Source of the DNA: Eledone cirrhosa
Lineage: Eukaryota
DNA: 64,000 nt
Assembly (NCBI GenBank): GCA_964016885.1
Contig: CAXHJY010000099.1
Span: 1 to 64,000, forward strand
Direction: 5' to 3'
Shown: piece after piece, positions 1-17,603 of the stretch
How positions within the stretch are numbered: position 1 is the stretch's first letter
Layout of the letters: every line of letters starts with the position of its first letter
Translations under genes and position numbers: made by a program
The notes under the pieces: model-generated
Told to the model about the DNA's origin: nothing
What the model saw: the letters and a program-made list of their open reading frames with translations, nothing else
Database searches by the model: none

Positions 1-1258
<1,258 letters not shown>

Positions 1259-1261
1259 CAC

Positions 1262-1565
1262 ACATATATATATATATAATTGTATCTATATATAAATATT
1301 ATATATATATATATATATAATTGTATCTATATATAAATATTATATATATATATATATAATTGCATCTATATATAAATATTATATATATATATATATAATT
1401 GTATCTATATATAAATATTATATATATATATATATAATTGTATCTATATATAAATATTATATATATATATATAATTGTATCTATATATAAATATTATATA
1501 TATATATATATAATTGTATGTATATATAAATATTATATATATATATATAATTGTATGTATATATA

Positions 1566-1596
<31 letters not shown>

Positions 1597-1612
1597 ATTG
1601 TATGTATATATA

Positions 1613-1680
<68 letters not shown>

Positions 1681-1701
1681 GTATGTATATATAAATATTA
1701 A

Positions 1702-1732
<31 letters not shown>

Positions 1733-1784
1733 ATTGTATCTATATGTAATTATATATATATATATAATATTTATATATAGATAC

Positions 1785-1822
<38 letters not shown>

Positions 1823-1835
1823 TATGTATAGATAC

Positions 1836-1869
<34 letters not shown>

Positions 1870-1882
1870 GTATCTATACATA

Positions 1883-1920
<38 letters not shown>

Positions 1921-1969
1921 GTATCTATATATAAATATTATATATATATATATAATTACATATAGATAC

Positions 1970-2007
<38 letters not shown>

Positions 2008-2020
2008 TATATATAGATAC

Positions 2021-2074
<54 letters not shown>

Positions 2075-2087
2075 TATATATAGATAC

Positions 2088-2141
<54 letters not shown>

Positions 2142-2193
2142 TATATATAGATACAATTATATATATATATATATAATATTTATATATAGATAC

Positions 2194-2235
<42 letters not shown>

Positions 2236-2345
2236 GTATCTATATATAATTATATATATATATAATATTTATATATAGATACAATTATATATATATATAT
2301 ATATAATATTTATATATAGATACAATTATATATATATATATATAA
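1262..2345. repeat. Compound TA minisatellite (unit tataattgtatctatatataaatat + (TA)n) with orientation flips
   Basis: The unit and its reverse complement (atatttatatatagatacaatta) alternate in blocks. Confidence 0.9.
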
Positions 2346-2871
2346 TGTGGGTAATGTTAAATATTATCCAATTACAAGTATGACAATAGGTCAATGTAAA
2401 ATAACAAGTATATTACAGAGCCGAAATACATTATGAATAGCAATCAAGGAGTGTTTAAAACCAGTGTGTTTAAAATTGATTACGATCAGAGTATATATAA
2501 CATCAGACATTTGTCATAAGAACATTAGGAGGATACATAATATGGGAAGTAAGTATAAGTATCAACATTTATATAAGAAAAAATAGCAAAGGCAAAAGAA
2601 GCATAAGACAAATATGAGCATATAGATGCAATAAAATTATAAACATGGCGTTATAGAAAATTAAGTATAGTGCAAGACATATATCATAAGCATTACAAAA
2701 ATTTATAAAGATAATATATATATTACTTTATATATATATATATAACAAAGAAAGTGTGGTAAGAAACCAGGTGGACCAAAACGCACAAGCGTCGATCGGA
2801 TCTAGCTGTCGAAACTACCGGAGCTCAGCCGTCGGGGTCCTGGCTCTTTTCCTATACATATATCTATCTAT

Positions 2872-3205
2872 CTAAGGCGGGTAAAATTCCCAAGATCCAT
2901 GGACGAGTTCTCTCCAGCGGTCTCTGTCCCTCATTATCGCTGCCATATCATGCATCTCCAACAGACCAGTGGATGGGTGCTACACGAGAATGCTGAGAAT
3001 GGCTCTGAACATTAATCAGTATACACTGAGGATGAAAAACTCAGAGCTGTATGGGAGCCTCCCAAAAGTCAGCTCAAAAGTGACACAGAGGAGACTGAGG
3101 TTGGCTGGACATGCTCACCGACATCCAGAGTTGACATTGCACTCAGTGCTCCTTTGGGAGCCGCTACATGGACACACTAGAAGAGGAAGACCAAGGTTAA
3201 CATAC
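2872..3205. mobile_element. 5'-truncated RTE-type LINE with an internal inversion
   Basis: Plus strand 2969-3205 encodes DGCYTRMLRMALNI...RRLRLAGH...RRGRPRLTYI (RTE-like C-terminus). Minus strand 2872-2970 carries the downstream end ([26 protein letters not shown]...PP*). Confidence 0.75.
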
Positions 3206-3443
3206 ATATATATATATATATAACGAAGGAAATGTGATAAGGAACCAAATGGACCATAACGCACCAAAGTACTCAATACTTAGGATAGTAGAGTGGGTAA
3301 TATAATATATAATAATATAATATATAATAATATAATATATAATAATATAATATATAATAATATAATATAATATATAATATATAATAATATAATATATAAT
3401 AATATAATATATATATAATATTTATATAGACATATATATATAG

Positions 3444-3534
<91 letters not shown>

Positions 3535-3537
<3 letters not shown>

Positions 3538-3728
3538 TAATAATAATAAATGTGAAGACTAAAATCTAAAGAGGGCTCGATGAGGATAAATATATATCAA
3601 ATATATAAGAACCCTACAGCAAATATTAATTAAAATAACAGATTAAACTTTAAGCAAAGAATCGCTGATTTCATCTGAAACTCAGCAGATCCTTTGCTTA
3701 AACTTTAATCTGTTATTTTAATAAATAT
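3535..3728. mobile_element. Short fold-back derivative of the Penelope-like element at 24401-26525
   Basis: Shares gactaaaatc(c/t)aaagagggctcga...taaaataacagattaaa and its inverse ctttgcttaaactttaatctgttatttta with 4365-4575, 24401-24490 and 26485-26525. Confidence 0.8.
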
Positions 3729-3869
3729 ATATATATATATAATATATATATAATACATATATATAATATATATATAATACATATATATTATATATATATA
3801 TAATATATATATAATACATATATATAATATATATATAATACATATATATAATATATATAAAATCTATAT

Positions 3870-4315
3870 ATATTATTCAAAGTATTAATAAATGAAGACA
3901 TTCACATAATCAAAATATATGTTTTTTATATATATTTCGAAGGTACTGTGCTGTTTTTTCAGTACGTCCTCATCAGATAAAATACATGAATTGATGTATG
4001 ACATACCTCAACGGTCTTGATGGTTCAATTCCAGTATTGGCCAATCAAGAACCATCAAGTTTTGAACCGTCAAGACCGTTGAGGTATGTCATACATCAAT
4101 TCATGTATTTTATCTGACGAGGACGTACTGAAAAAAACAGCACAGTACCTTCGAAATATATATAATAAAAATTTTGATTATGTGAATGTCTTCATTTATT
4201 AATACTTTGAATAATATTAATAACTCCAGAAAACTTCACTGTAGAGTGCTTTTAATCTATTGTAAAACTATATTCATTGAGTAATCAATGAACCATATTA
4301 ATCTTTGGTTATAAT
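3870..4315. mobile_element. Fold-back element with a hammerhead fold in each arm
   Basis: Arms ~3870-4029 / 4061-4217; right tail to ~4315; TA flanks. Confidence 0.85.
4108..4170 (+). ncRNA. Type I hammerhead ribozyme (mirror copy on minus at ~3922-3982)
   Basis: ttttat-CTGACGA-ggacgtactg...cagtaccttc-GAAA-tatata-TA-ataaaa; stem I ttttat/ataaaa. Confidence 0.8.
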
Positions 4316-4364
4316 ATATATATATATATAATATATATATAATATATATGTATATATAATATAA

Positions 4365-4575
4365 TAGTAATAATAATAAATTTGTAGACTAAAATCCAAA
4401 GAGGGCTCTATAAGGATAAATATATGTCAAATATATAAGACCCCCAGAGCAAATATTTATTAAAATAACAGATTAAAGTTTAAGCAAAGAATCGCTTCTG
4501 AAAGAAGAAGATCCCGTTAAAGGTGAAAGCAGCGATTCTTTGCTTAAACTTTAATCTGTTATTTTAATAAATATA
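4365..4575. mobile_element. Short fold-back derivative, same family as 3535-3728
   Basis: Near-identical termini; arms taaaataacagattaaagtttaagcaaagaatcgct / agcgattctttgcttaaactttaatctgttatttta. Confidence 0.8.
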
Positions 4576-4642
4576 TAATATAATATATATATATATAATA
4601 TAATGTATATATATAATATATATATATATATATAATATAATG

Positions 4643-4686
<44 letters not shown>

Positions 4687-4689
4687 ATG

Positions 4690-4722
<33 letters not shown>

Positions 4723-4730
4723 ATATAATG

Positions 4731-4792
<62 letters not shown>

Positions 4793-4869
4793 ATATAATA
4801 TATATATAATATATATATATATATAATATAATATATATATATATATAAATAATATATATATATATATAT

Positions 4870-4972
4870 AATTATTTCTACATTAGGCACAAGGCCAGCA
4901 ATTACCCAGTGTATTACTGGTACTTTATTTTATCGACCCCGTAAGGATGAAAGGCAAAGTTAACCTCGGCGA
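4870..4972 (-). mobile_element. tRNA-derived octopus-type SINE, 3' half
   Basis: Reverse complement of gccgaggttaactttgcctttcatccttacggggtcgataaaataaagtaccagtaa, as in the full copy at 48891. Confidence 0.85.
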
Positions 4973-5025
4973 GTAAGACCCCGACGGCTGAGCTCAAGCC
5001 GTTTCGACGGCTAATTCTGTACTGC

Positions 5026-5124
5026 AATATATATATATATATATGATATAATATATATATATATATAATATATATATATATAATATAATATATATATATA
5101 TATATTATAATATATATATATATA

Positions 5125-5171
<47 letters not shown>

Positions 5172-5977
5172 ATATATATATATATAATATAATATATATA
5201 TATATAATATAATATATATATATATATAATATATATATATAATATAATATATATATATATAATATAATATATATATATATAATTATAATATATATATATA
5301 ATATAATATAAAATATATATATATAATATATATAATATAATATATATATATATAATATAATATATATATATATAATATAATATATATATATAATATAATA
5401 TATATATATATAATATAATATATATATATAATATAATATATATATATAATATAATATATATATATATAATATAATATATATATAATATAATATATATATA
5501 TATAATATAATATATATATATATAATATAATATATATATATAATATAATATATATATATATAATATAATATATATATATAATATAATATATATATATATA
5601 ATATAATATATATATATATAATATAATATATATATATAATATAATATATATATATATAATATAATATATATATATAATATAATATATATATATAATATAA
5701 TATATATATATATATAATATATATATATATATAATATATATATATATTATATATAATATATATATATATAATATATAATATATATATATATTATATATAA
5801 TATATATATATATTATATATATATATAATATATATATATATAATATATATTATATATATATATAATATATATATATAATATATATATATAATATATATTA
5901 TATATATATATAATATATATATATAATATATATATATAATATATATATATATAATATATAATATATATATATATATA

Positions 5978-6022
<45 letters not shown>

Positions 6023-6183
6023 ATATATATATATATATAATATATATATATATATAATATATATATATATATAATATATATATATATATAATATATATAT
6101 ATATATATAATATATATATATATATAATATATATATATATAATATATATATATATAATATATATATATATATATAATATATAT

Positions 6184-6228
<45 letters not shown>

Positions 6229-6300
6229 TATATATATATAATATATATATATATAATATATATATATATAATATATATATATATATAATATATATATATA

Positions 6301-6332
<32 letters not shown>
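5026..6332. repeat. (TA)n/(TATAA)n microsatellite
   Basis: Directly visible. Confidence 0.98.
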
Positions 6333-6334
<2 letters not shown>

Positions 6335-6786
6335 CGATATTAAATAAATGGAAACTATATTTATAAAACCATATTTATTTCATTATATATATTTCAGGGA
6401 TATAACAATATGTTATGCCTTCCTCAGACAAAATACAATATAGACAGTTTTATAGATAAATAGATTTGACATACCGTTCAACATCGACTTGTATTTGAGA
6501 AAGTTGATTTGGCAAATCAACTTTCTCAAATACAAGTCGATGTTGAACGGTATGTCAAATCTATTTATCTATAAAACTGTCTATATTGTATTTTGTCTGA
6601 GGAAGGCATAACATATTGTTAATATGATATCCCTGAAATATATATAATGAAATAAATATGGTTTTATAAATATAGTTTCCATTTATTTAATATCGTAAAT
6701 ATTCTCCAAATACTTGTTGAGTGCTTTTATATCAGTTATAAATATTTACTAGTTGTAACCCAACAATTTAAATATAACTTTCCATG

Positions 6787-6787
<1 letters not shown>
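6333..6787. mobile_element. Fold-back element with a hammerhead fold in each arm
   Basis: Near-perfect arms ~6333-6508 / 6514-6697; right tail to ~6787. Confidence 0.85.
6591..6652 (+). ncRNA. Type I hammerhead ribozyme (mirror on minus ~6378-6433)
   Basis: ttttgt-CTGAGGA-agg...cct-GAAA-tatata-TA-atgaaa. Confidence 0.75.
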
Positions 6788-6817
<30 letters not shown>

Positions 6818-6821
6818 ATAT

Positions 6822-7810
6822 ATATATACTATAAAGCTGACGGCCGTATGTAGGTAACAAACTTTCAGCCAAACGGCTGGACCAAACAGCACCAAATTTG
6901 CACCATAGATGTAACTTTTTCCAAGTAAAAAAGTGAGGGTATTTTTGTCTACTGAATTTTGTAAAAAGATTAAAGACATTATTTAAATATTCACTTCGTT
7001 AAAATTTCAAATGTCAACACTTCCGGTTATACGTCATTCCTCACTTTTTCTTATGACGTCGCACAACATTCCCCTCTTTTTCTTAGTCTGCCTTTTTAGA
7101 TAGATACATAGCTATAACGATCTTATAATATGTCTTTGTATGCCTGGCTGTCTGCATTAGATAACGTTTTTTTGAAATATTTACTTCTGCGTTCACAGAC
7201 GTTAACGGTGAAAGCAGCGATTCTTTGCTTAAACTTTAATCTGTTATTTTAATATATATATTCGTGTACAGATATTTTTACAAAATATTTTTACAGATAT
7301 TTACACAAAAACAAAAACCTATTTATTTCACGAAAGCACAGACGGCTTATCGTCATTGTTACTGTTCGAGGTTAGAGGACCAAAGTCTTTCCAAGATCTG
7401 AGAACCATCATTGGCCATCAATGTTCCACGGATGCGTGGTATGTTACACGATGACAAGCCATTGGCACCTCACCCTGCAAGAAGCAGCAACTGCTAAAGT
7501 CCCTTCTCAGCTGCGAAAACATTTTGCTATTATGCTGCACAACTGCGATCTCGCCGACCATCTCGCACTGTGGAACAACCACCGTGAAAGTTTAGCTGAG
7601 GACATCCTCCACTGCACACGCAGACACAATCCAAACGTAACATACGATGTCGTTTTTAATGATGCGCTCATTTGTCTTGAAAACAGTGTCCTGGAGATTT
7701 GGTGGTAGGCCTCTAAGTTACTACAGCTTACCTGCTCCTGACAAGAGTTTCCAGAGGTCAACGTCTACAGAGCTTCTCCGCGAGACGAGCTACGAAATCA
7801 GTGATTCTCC
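6822..7810 (+). mobile_element. Degenerate Helitron remnant (5'-like end and RepHel fragment)
   Basis: ~7345-7800 translates with frameshifts to LLFEVRGPKSFQDLRTI...HWHLTLQEAA...PSQLRKHFAIML...LWNNHRESLAEDI, typical of the Helitron RepHel linker. The start tatactataaagctga...aaacggctggacc resembles Helitron 5' ends. Confidence 0.7.
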
Positions 7811-8074
7811 CATGGTCAATTGTATGTAGGATGCTCTAGGGTGAGATCGCCAAACAATCTCTCCATCTTTGCTCAGGAGGGCCGAACAAAAAATATTGTA
7901 TAACAATGTAATTTAAATATTTTCTGTTGCTTGGAATTTCCATTATGGTTGTACAAATTATTGTTTGTTAAAAAATGTGTTCTCTGTTCAGCCTTTACTG
8001 TTGTAACTATCAATTTTCTTGAACGTACTGGCTGCAGAACTGGGGTATCCGAAAAACTATTCAAACCCAACATC

Positions 8075-11000
8075 AGAGCACGTTAACTGACCTGGCTGCA
8101 TCGTTTTCAGAGCCAGGGTCACCTACACCAGCACTCGAGACCACCACAATTGAGGGACCCAGAGTGGCCGCCGCTGACACCAGGCCAGGTGTCATACCGA
8201 CAGCCATTGCTGGCACCCCAAAAGTCACACCAGTGCTGCTGCTGAATGTCAGAGGCCTGGTGAAACTCACTAACATGAGTAAAATTTCCTACTTGGGAGA
8301 CTTAGCCACAAGAAATCAAGCACTATGCATGGCACTAACCGAAACGCACCTGACAAGCAGTATAGCAGATGCAGAAATACATATACCGAAATATACTGTA
8401 TTTCGTTCGGACAGGAAGGAGAGAACTCATGGTGGAGGTTGCTCTGTATATCCGTGAAGATGTTACACCAATTGTACTGTTGACACATTCACACTCAGTC
8501 TGTGACACACTTATAGTACATATGAAGCAACTAAAGACAGTAATATGTGTCACATATCGGCCGCCCGATGCCCCCAGTCATGAGGGTAAATTTGAGGATA
8601 GCCTCAGTAGGGTAGAAGATGTCCTTGACAAACTGGACCAGGGTCTCAACATTCTACTGCTGGGAGACTTCAACCTGCCAAAGGTCAAATGGCCTGAGGG
8701 CCACCTCCTCCCTGGAATGACGTCAATAGAACAGAGACAGACGGAGTCCCTGCTGGCCCTCACACACAGGCTGTTCATGGAACAAGCAATACTCCTCCTA
8801 ACAAGAGGCGAAAATGTCCTGGACCTCTGTTTTACAAACAACTAAGTGCTCATCCACAATGTAAAGGTGACACCAACAATTCTCTCGGATCATAACTTAG
8901 TAGAGCTAATGATATGTGGTCCGAGAGAACCAACAGAGACAACCACCAGGAAGCACCGGGACGTTATCCAGCCTTAACTTCTACAAGGCTAACTGGAAAA
9001 AGACCAAGAGAGAAATCCGGAAGCAAATATGGAGCGAAAACACCGCCACACAAGACACCAACACACAATTTCAACACTTCATGATAACGATACACACTAT
9101 ATGCAAAACGTTTGTCCCGGAGAAAAAGGCAAACAGAAACAAAAATCTTATTCCCAGAGATAGGAAAATCCTTATGAGACGAAGAACCAAGCTCTCAAAC
9201 CAGTTGAATGCACAACAAAACATAAACAAGAAGGAATCCTATTTGAAACGTGCACTACTTGACACCGAGATTGCACTCAAACTTTCCCATGAAAATGAGA
9301 GGGCAAAGAAAGAAAGCAGGGCCATAGAAAATATTAAAACAAACCCTAAGGCCTTCTTTAAATTTGCAAAAGAAACTGCCTCGGTACACTGCAAGATTGG
9401 GCCACTCTTTCATATAGACGGTTCATTAACCGAGAATCCCCAAGAGGTAAGTGAAATACTGAACGAACAGTACAAAAGTGTGTTCACATGTCCAATGAGG
9501 CACATGCAAATAACAAAGTCAGAGGAGTTATTTGATGCCACAACACTACATGAAGAAATGGCGACCATCAACCACATAGACATAACGGAGAAGGATGTGG
9601 CATACACCATAGATGAAATTAGAACAGACTCAGCTGCTGGACTTGATGGATTCCCAGCAGTCCTCTTAAAAATATGTAAGCGGGCCTTAGCAACTCCACT
9701 GAAGACGCGCTTCAGAAGCTCCTTGGCTAGCGGTATACTACCCAGAGAGCTGAAAGAAGGCACAATATGCCCTATCCATAAAAGAGGTAGCAGAGCGGAG
9801 GCCAAAAACTATAAGCCCGTCTCCCTGACGTCACATATCAGTAAGGTCATGGAGCAAGCCATCAGAAAGAAACTGATCAGTTTCCTGACTAGCACGCAGC
9901 ATGGCTTTCGCCCAGGAAGAAGCTGCCTTACACAGCTGCTACATCACTACGACTGGGTACTGAAACAACTGCTAGAAAGCTCACATGTGGACGTGATATA
10001 TCTTGACTTTGCGAATGTCTTTGACAAGGTCGACCACAGAATGATATGTCACAAACTACACGGACTCGGCATAACTGGAAAAGTAGGTGAGTAGCTGTAC
10101 GACGTCTTAAAGGACAGAAGCCAGACAGTCGCAGCAAACGGGGCCCTCTCAACGGAAACATCAATAACAAGTGGGGTGCCCCGAGGCACAATCCTGGGGC
10201 CACTACTGTTTTTTATTGGTGGCTCTCTCAGACATGCCCTCTGTAGTACATACAACAACATCCCTCACTAGCTATGCTGATGACACTAAGGTAGCGCAGG
10301 CAATCAAAAACCCGGCTGACGCTGCCCTTTTACAACAAGATCTGGATGCCATATACAAATGGGCGGAAGACAACAACATGCAGTTCAATGCTGGCAAATT
10401 CCAAGCCCTACAATACAAACCTGCAAACACAAATACAGTACAACACAGTTACGCAGGACCAGGAGGGACCGATATCCCCGTGTCAAAATCGATACGAGAC
10501 CTGGGTATAGACATGAGCTATGATGCATCATTTTCCTCAAACATCATGAAAGAGGCGACAATGTGCAGACGACTCGCTGGTTGGATCTTGAGGACTTTCC
10601 GGATAAGAGACCGAGACACCATGTTGACACTATGGAGGACATTGTCCTAAGCTGCCTGGACTATTGCTCCCAGTTATGGTCACCCCATAGTGTCAAACTA
10701 ACCACGGAACTTGAGGCAGTCCAGCGAAGCTACACCAAGAGGATTGCCACGATGAAGGAGATAAGCTACTGGGAGAGGCTAAAAGAACTGAACCTCTACT
10801 CATTGGAACGAAGACGGGAGAGATACGCAGTGATCTACATGTGGAAAATCCTGGAGGGACTAGTACCAAACCTTGGCATTGGGAGCTGGACCAACCGTTG
10901 AACAGGACATCACTGTGTGGTGCCAAAGGTCCCGTCTTCCACATCTAGAATAAGGAGCAGATATTGCAATAGCATGGGGTTCAAGGGCCCTCAACTCTTC

Positions 11001-11260
11001 AACAAGCTGTCGAGGGATCTGAGAGATCTGCATGGTGTGGATGTGGATGTCTTCAAGAAACATCTCGACACCTTGCTATCCAGAATCCCAGATGAGCCCA
11101 CAGCAAGGCACGAGGGAAACCTAAGGGCAGCAGCAACGTACTCCCTCTTGCACCAGTGGCCAACCAATACAGGCTGGAGATAAAATGTGTAGCAACAAGA
11201 GCGGTGCCCCGCATGGCCTCAGCCGGATGGCTGGAACAGATAAAAGAGTAAAAGAGTAAT
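8075..11260 (+). mobile_element. CR1-group LINE, APE endonuclease + reverse transcriptase, disrupted
   Basis: LLNVRGL...LTETHL...GDFNLP...LDL (APE); QHGFRPGRSC, YLDFANVFDKV, GVPRGTILGP, YADD, LYSLERRRERY (RT). Several stops and frameshifts; tail (aaaagagt)n runs into TA. Confidence 0.93.
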
Positions 11261-11282
11261 ACACATATATATATATATAAAC

Positions 11283-11335
<53 letters not shown>

Positions 11336-12377
11336 AAATTTGTGTAATCCTTGGTACAGTTAGGTATATTAAGACAGGGGGGAAGAAAAAATGGCTTCAC
11401 TTGTGCTTTCAACAAATTTATTTTCTTCACAAAATCCAAAAAGAATTTTTCTTAAAAAAAATTATTTTATAAATTAAGTTGTTGGTTGTTGGTTAGGTCT
11501 TAGGAGTTCTTGGTTAACGTAGGAGGTATTGTTTCGTTTTTAGAAAGACCTTTCACGCTGAGGTGCGCTTGTCAAACTGATGTGTATGTGGTGTGTTGTT
11601 CTATATATAGGGATTTAACATGTCTGTGGTGTGGTGGGGGTTTCTTTTCTCCCCCTTTAATAAGTGCATGGGTGTAGGTGTGTTGAAAAAGTGTTCATAG
11701 CAGTAATGAGTTGAGACGGTGAGTAGGGTTGGGTGGGTAGCAAGTGCGGCCTGCCCCGGTCATTCTCGAAAAATTCCTTTATTCAGGGGAAAAAGCTTTT
11801 AGTATTGCTTTTGTGTTGAGAATGGTCACAGGCAAATCGCACCTGTCAAGTTTGTGAATAATTATTTTTTTCTTTTTTTCCTGAAGAATTTTTCTACGTC
11901 CATCCCAAAGTTAGTCCTTTGTTCAACACACACATATGTGCGCATATACGTACATACACACACGGGCATATGTAGGAATATATAGGCACACACCATCAAT
12001 CACACACCCATGTACAAATACATCCACATACATACGCAAAAACAGTTTTGGTTGAGAAAAAAATTGGTTGAGAAAAAAATTTGGTCGCTCTGACTGCTGC
12101 TAGTTATAGCGGGAGCCGATTGACCTCCCTGCCTCTGCCTCTATCTTTACACACGGCACTTGAAAGAATTGATTCCACTTCATTTTCTCTCATCTTGGGA
12201 ACAATTTTGAATAGCGCCAGTTCGTAATTTGATTCGGGAATTTTATATTCTTCGAGTGAAAAGATCCTTCTGACGAGAGTTTATCTTTGCAACGACTCGG
12301 TAAAGGTAACCATAGTAAGTAAAGTTAATTTTTTAAAATTTATTTTGAAACTTTTTCTTATTTGCTAAACCTTGATT

Positions 12378-12821
12378 AAATATATACATATATATATAAA
12401 TATATACATATATATAAAAATATATACATATATATAAAAATATATACATATATATAAAAATATATACATATATATAAAAATATATACATATATATATATA
12501 AAAATATATACATACATATATATAAAAATATATACATATATATATATATAAAAATATATACATACATATATATAAAAATATATACATATATATATATATA
12601 AAAATATATACATACATATATATAAAAATATATACATACATATATATAAAAATATATACATACATATATATAAAAATATATACATACATATATATATAAA
12701 TACATACACATATATATATATAAATACATACATATATATATAAATACATACATATATATATAAATACATACATATATATAAATACATACATACATATATA
12801 TAAATACATACATATATATAA

Positions 12822-12866
<45 letters not shown>

Positions 12867-12871
12867 TATAA

Positions 12872-12916
<45 letters not shown>

Positions 12917-12921
12917 TATAA

Positions 12922-12972
<51 letters not shown>

Positions 12973-13000
12973 CATACATGTATATATATATATATATATA
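12378..13000. repeat. Compound (TA)/(TACA) microsatellite
   Basis: Directly visible. Confidence 0.97.
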
Positions 13001-13855
13001 AATTAATAAAATAATGAATAAACAAAGAAACAGTTCCTTATATTTAAAACATTCATCATTTTACGATCGTTTCTAGGATATATATGTGTTAGAGTTGGTA
13101 TGCATATTCTATAGATCTATGTACAATATTTATACAAACTATCAGAGGGAATATACATACCTACACATATATATGCTGTCTTCAGAAATAATGATATTTG
13201 TTTATTGAAAAAAGCAACGATTCAATACAATAGGTCTGTTTGGGAACAGGTTTTGAATTGACCAATCAGGAGATAGTGAGGGTCAAGATAGTAATATAGT
13301 AGTAGAAGAACCTTAAATTATGGGTAGAGGAAGGTAGATTTCAGTTTTGGATGGAAAAGATTATTATGAATGAAGGAATATTTTAGGGAAGAAATAGGTC
13401 GTATGCTGACCTCAGAAATAATTTTATTTGTTCATTGAATAAAACCAATAAAGATCTAATATATTCTGTCTGTATGGTAAGAGGTTTAGAATTAACCAAT
13501 AGAAAGTTAATAATTGGCCAAATGGTAAAATAGTAGTAATTGAAGCTTATTTTAGGGGTGAAAATAGGTCAGGTGGTCAGTCAAAGGTATACAAGCAGTT
13601 GCTGTTATAAAATAGTAATGCCAATACAAATATCTAAGGTGACCAAAGTTTTAAGATAAGAATGTTAGTGAAAAAAATAGATCTATGAAAAGAATATAAA
13701 ATTAATTTAATTGATGGGTATATTTATATTGATAAAATTATACTAATACATATAGATATGATAAATAAGAGTTAGATGCAGTTGAAAAGTGCTGTTAAAG
13801 ATGAGGGGAAATTAAAAGAATATAAAAATAATATATATATATATATATATATACC

Positions 13856-13886
<31 letters not shown>

Positions 13887-14110
13887 ACATATATATACAC
13901 ATACACATATATTTTTTCTGAATGTCCCGAATCTTCTAGTCAGTTCGCAATTTTTCGGTCGTACGGTTGATTATAGACTTGTTCTATGTGTGACGGTATT
14001 TTAACGATAGTTATAGCTCTGATTTATCTGAATTATTGAGCCCTCTGCCGCTCATTTCGAATTTTGTTTATCGTGAACTCGTGCGCCGATTTTTCGATAC
14101 TCGATTATTC

Positions 14111-14944
<834 letters not shown>

Positions 14945-14945
14945 A

Positions 14946-14980
<35 letters not shown>

Positions 14981-15411
14981 AATATATACATATATACATA
15001 TATATAGAATATATGTATATTAAACACCGTGGACGTATGATCATGTAATTATGCAGGGTCCATCGTATATGCCTTTACTTTTCTCGGCGCTTAAGCCTAC
15101 GTTGAAATTGCAGCTTTATACTAACTAAAACTGGTGTATAGTCTTTAATGACCTTAATCATATTTAACACTCACATTCATACCTTAACAGTGCCTCATTA
15201 AATTGACTTGACAAAGCATAATTCAATTAGTACATTGTAACTAGAAGTAGGGAATAAAAAATATTTTGTAATAGCGGATTTTAATTTAACAGATAACTCT
15301 AATTAGCACCGCAATTACCTCCCTTTGTTCATAAACATAAACACTAAGCTCTGTAACACCGAGGTATGGATTTCGACGTTAAAATTTTATTCATACTCGT
15401 ACAGGGTTCAT

Positions 15412-15598
15412 TGTCGATTGGCAGTGTCGGTAGAGGGTCGGACGCCATGCTTTCCAGCATAGTTACGTCTCTTTACGATCTGAGTTCAAATCCCGCCAAG
15501 GTTGACTTTGCCTTTCATCCTTACGGGGTCGATAAAATATAGTACCAGTAATGCACTGGGATAATTGCTGGCCTTGTGCCTAAAGTAGAAACAATTAT
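15412..15598 (+). mobile_element. tRNA-derived octopus-type SINE
   Basis: A-box-like tggcagtgtcgg, B-box gagttcaaatcc, body gcctttcatccttacggggtcgataaa. Confidence 0.9.
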
Positions 15599-15711
15599 TA
15601 AATTTTTTTATTTCTTTAAAGCCTCTGAAGAGCCCCATTGGGTGTAACATGTGGAAGAGATTTTTATAAATGTATTTTAAAGGCTTGCTTCTCTTTCATC
15701 AACTTCTTCGA

Positions 15712-15745
15712 TTATATATACATATATATATACATATATATATAC

Positions 15746-15776
<31 letters not shown>

Positions 15777-15871
15777 CACATATATATACATATATATATA
15801 TATACATATATATACACATATATATACATATATATATATATACATATATATATATACACATATATATATAC

Positions 15872-15906
<35 letters not shown>

Positions 15907-15907
15907 C

Positions 15908-15942
<35 letters not shown>

Positions 15943-15979
15943 CATATATATATACATATACATATATATATACATATAC

Positions 15980-16010
<31 letters not shown>

Positions 16011-16079
16011 CATATATACATATATATACATATATACATATATATATATATACATATATATATACATATATATATATAC

Positions 16080-16138
<59 letters not shown>

Positions 16139-16287
16139 TACATATATATACATATATATATATACATATATACATATATATACATATATATATATACATA
16201 TATATATACATATATACATATATATATATACATATATACATATATATATATACATATATATATACATATATACATATATATATATAC

Positions 16288-16318
<31 letters not shown>

Positions 16319-16717
16319 CATATATATACACACATATATATATACATATATATATATACACACATATATATATACATATATATATATACACATATATATA
16401 TATACATATATATATACACACATATATATATACACACATATATATATATATACATATATATATACACACATATATATATATACATATATATATACACACA
16501 TATATATATATACATATATATATACACACATATATATATATACATATATATATACATATATATATACACATATATATACATATATATATACACATATATA
16601 TATACATATATATATATACACACATATATACATATATATATATATATACACATATATATATACATATATATATATACATATATATATACATATATATATA
16701 TATACATATATATATAC

Positions 16718-16748
<31 letters not shown>

Positions 16749-16795
16749 CATATATATACATATATACATATATATATACATATATACATATATAT

Positions 16796-16838
<43 letters not shown>

Positions 16839-17559
16839 TACATATGTATATATACATATATATATATATACATATATACATATATATATACACATATATA
16901 TATATATACATATATACATATATATATACATATATACATATATATATACATATATATATACATATATATATACATATATACATATATATATACATATATA
17001 CATATATATATACATATATACATATATATATACATATATACATATATATATACATATATACATATATATATACATATATATATATACATATATATATATA
17101 CATATATATATACATATATATATATACATATATATATATACATATATATACATATATATATACATATATATATACATATATATATACATATATATATATA
17201 TACATATATATATACATATATATATACATATATATATACATATATATATACATATATATATATACACATATATATATACACATATATATATATATACACA
17301 CATATATATATATACATATATATATATACATATATATATACATATATATATACATATATATATACATATATATATACATATATATATACATATATATATA
17401 CATATATATATACATATATATATATACATATATATATACATATATATATACATATATATATATACATATATATATACATATATATATATACATATATATA
17501 TACACATATATATATACATATATATATATACATATATATATATACATATATATATATAC

Positions 17560-17603
<44 letters not shown>

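Noticed and set aside
11340-11900. Possible decayed Penelope 3' end on minus
   Set aside because: Only faint remnants (RCDL-like motif, broken hammerhead-like words); too degraded to call.
15627-15660. ctgaagagccccattgggtgtaacatgt hammerhead-like sequence (similarly 12270 and 13065-13150)
   Set aside because: The GAAA box or stems are missing; possibly decayed copies but not supportable.
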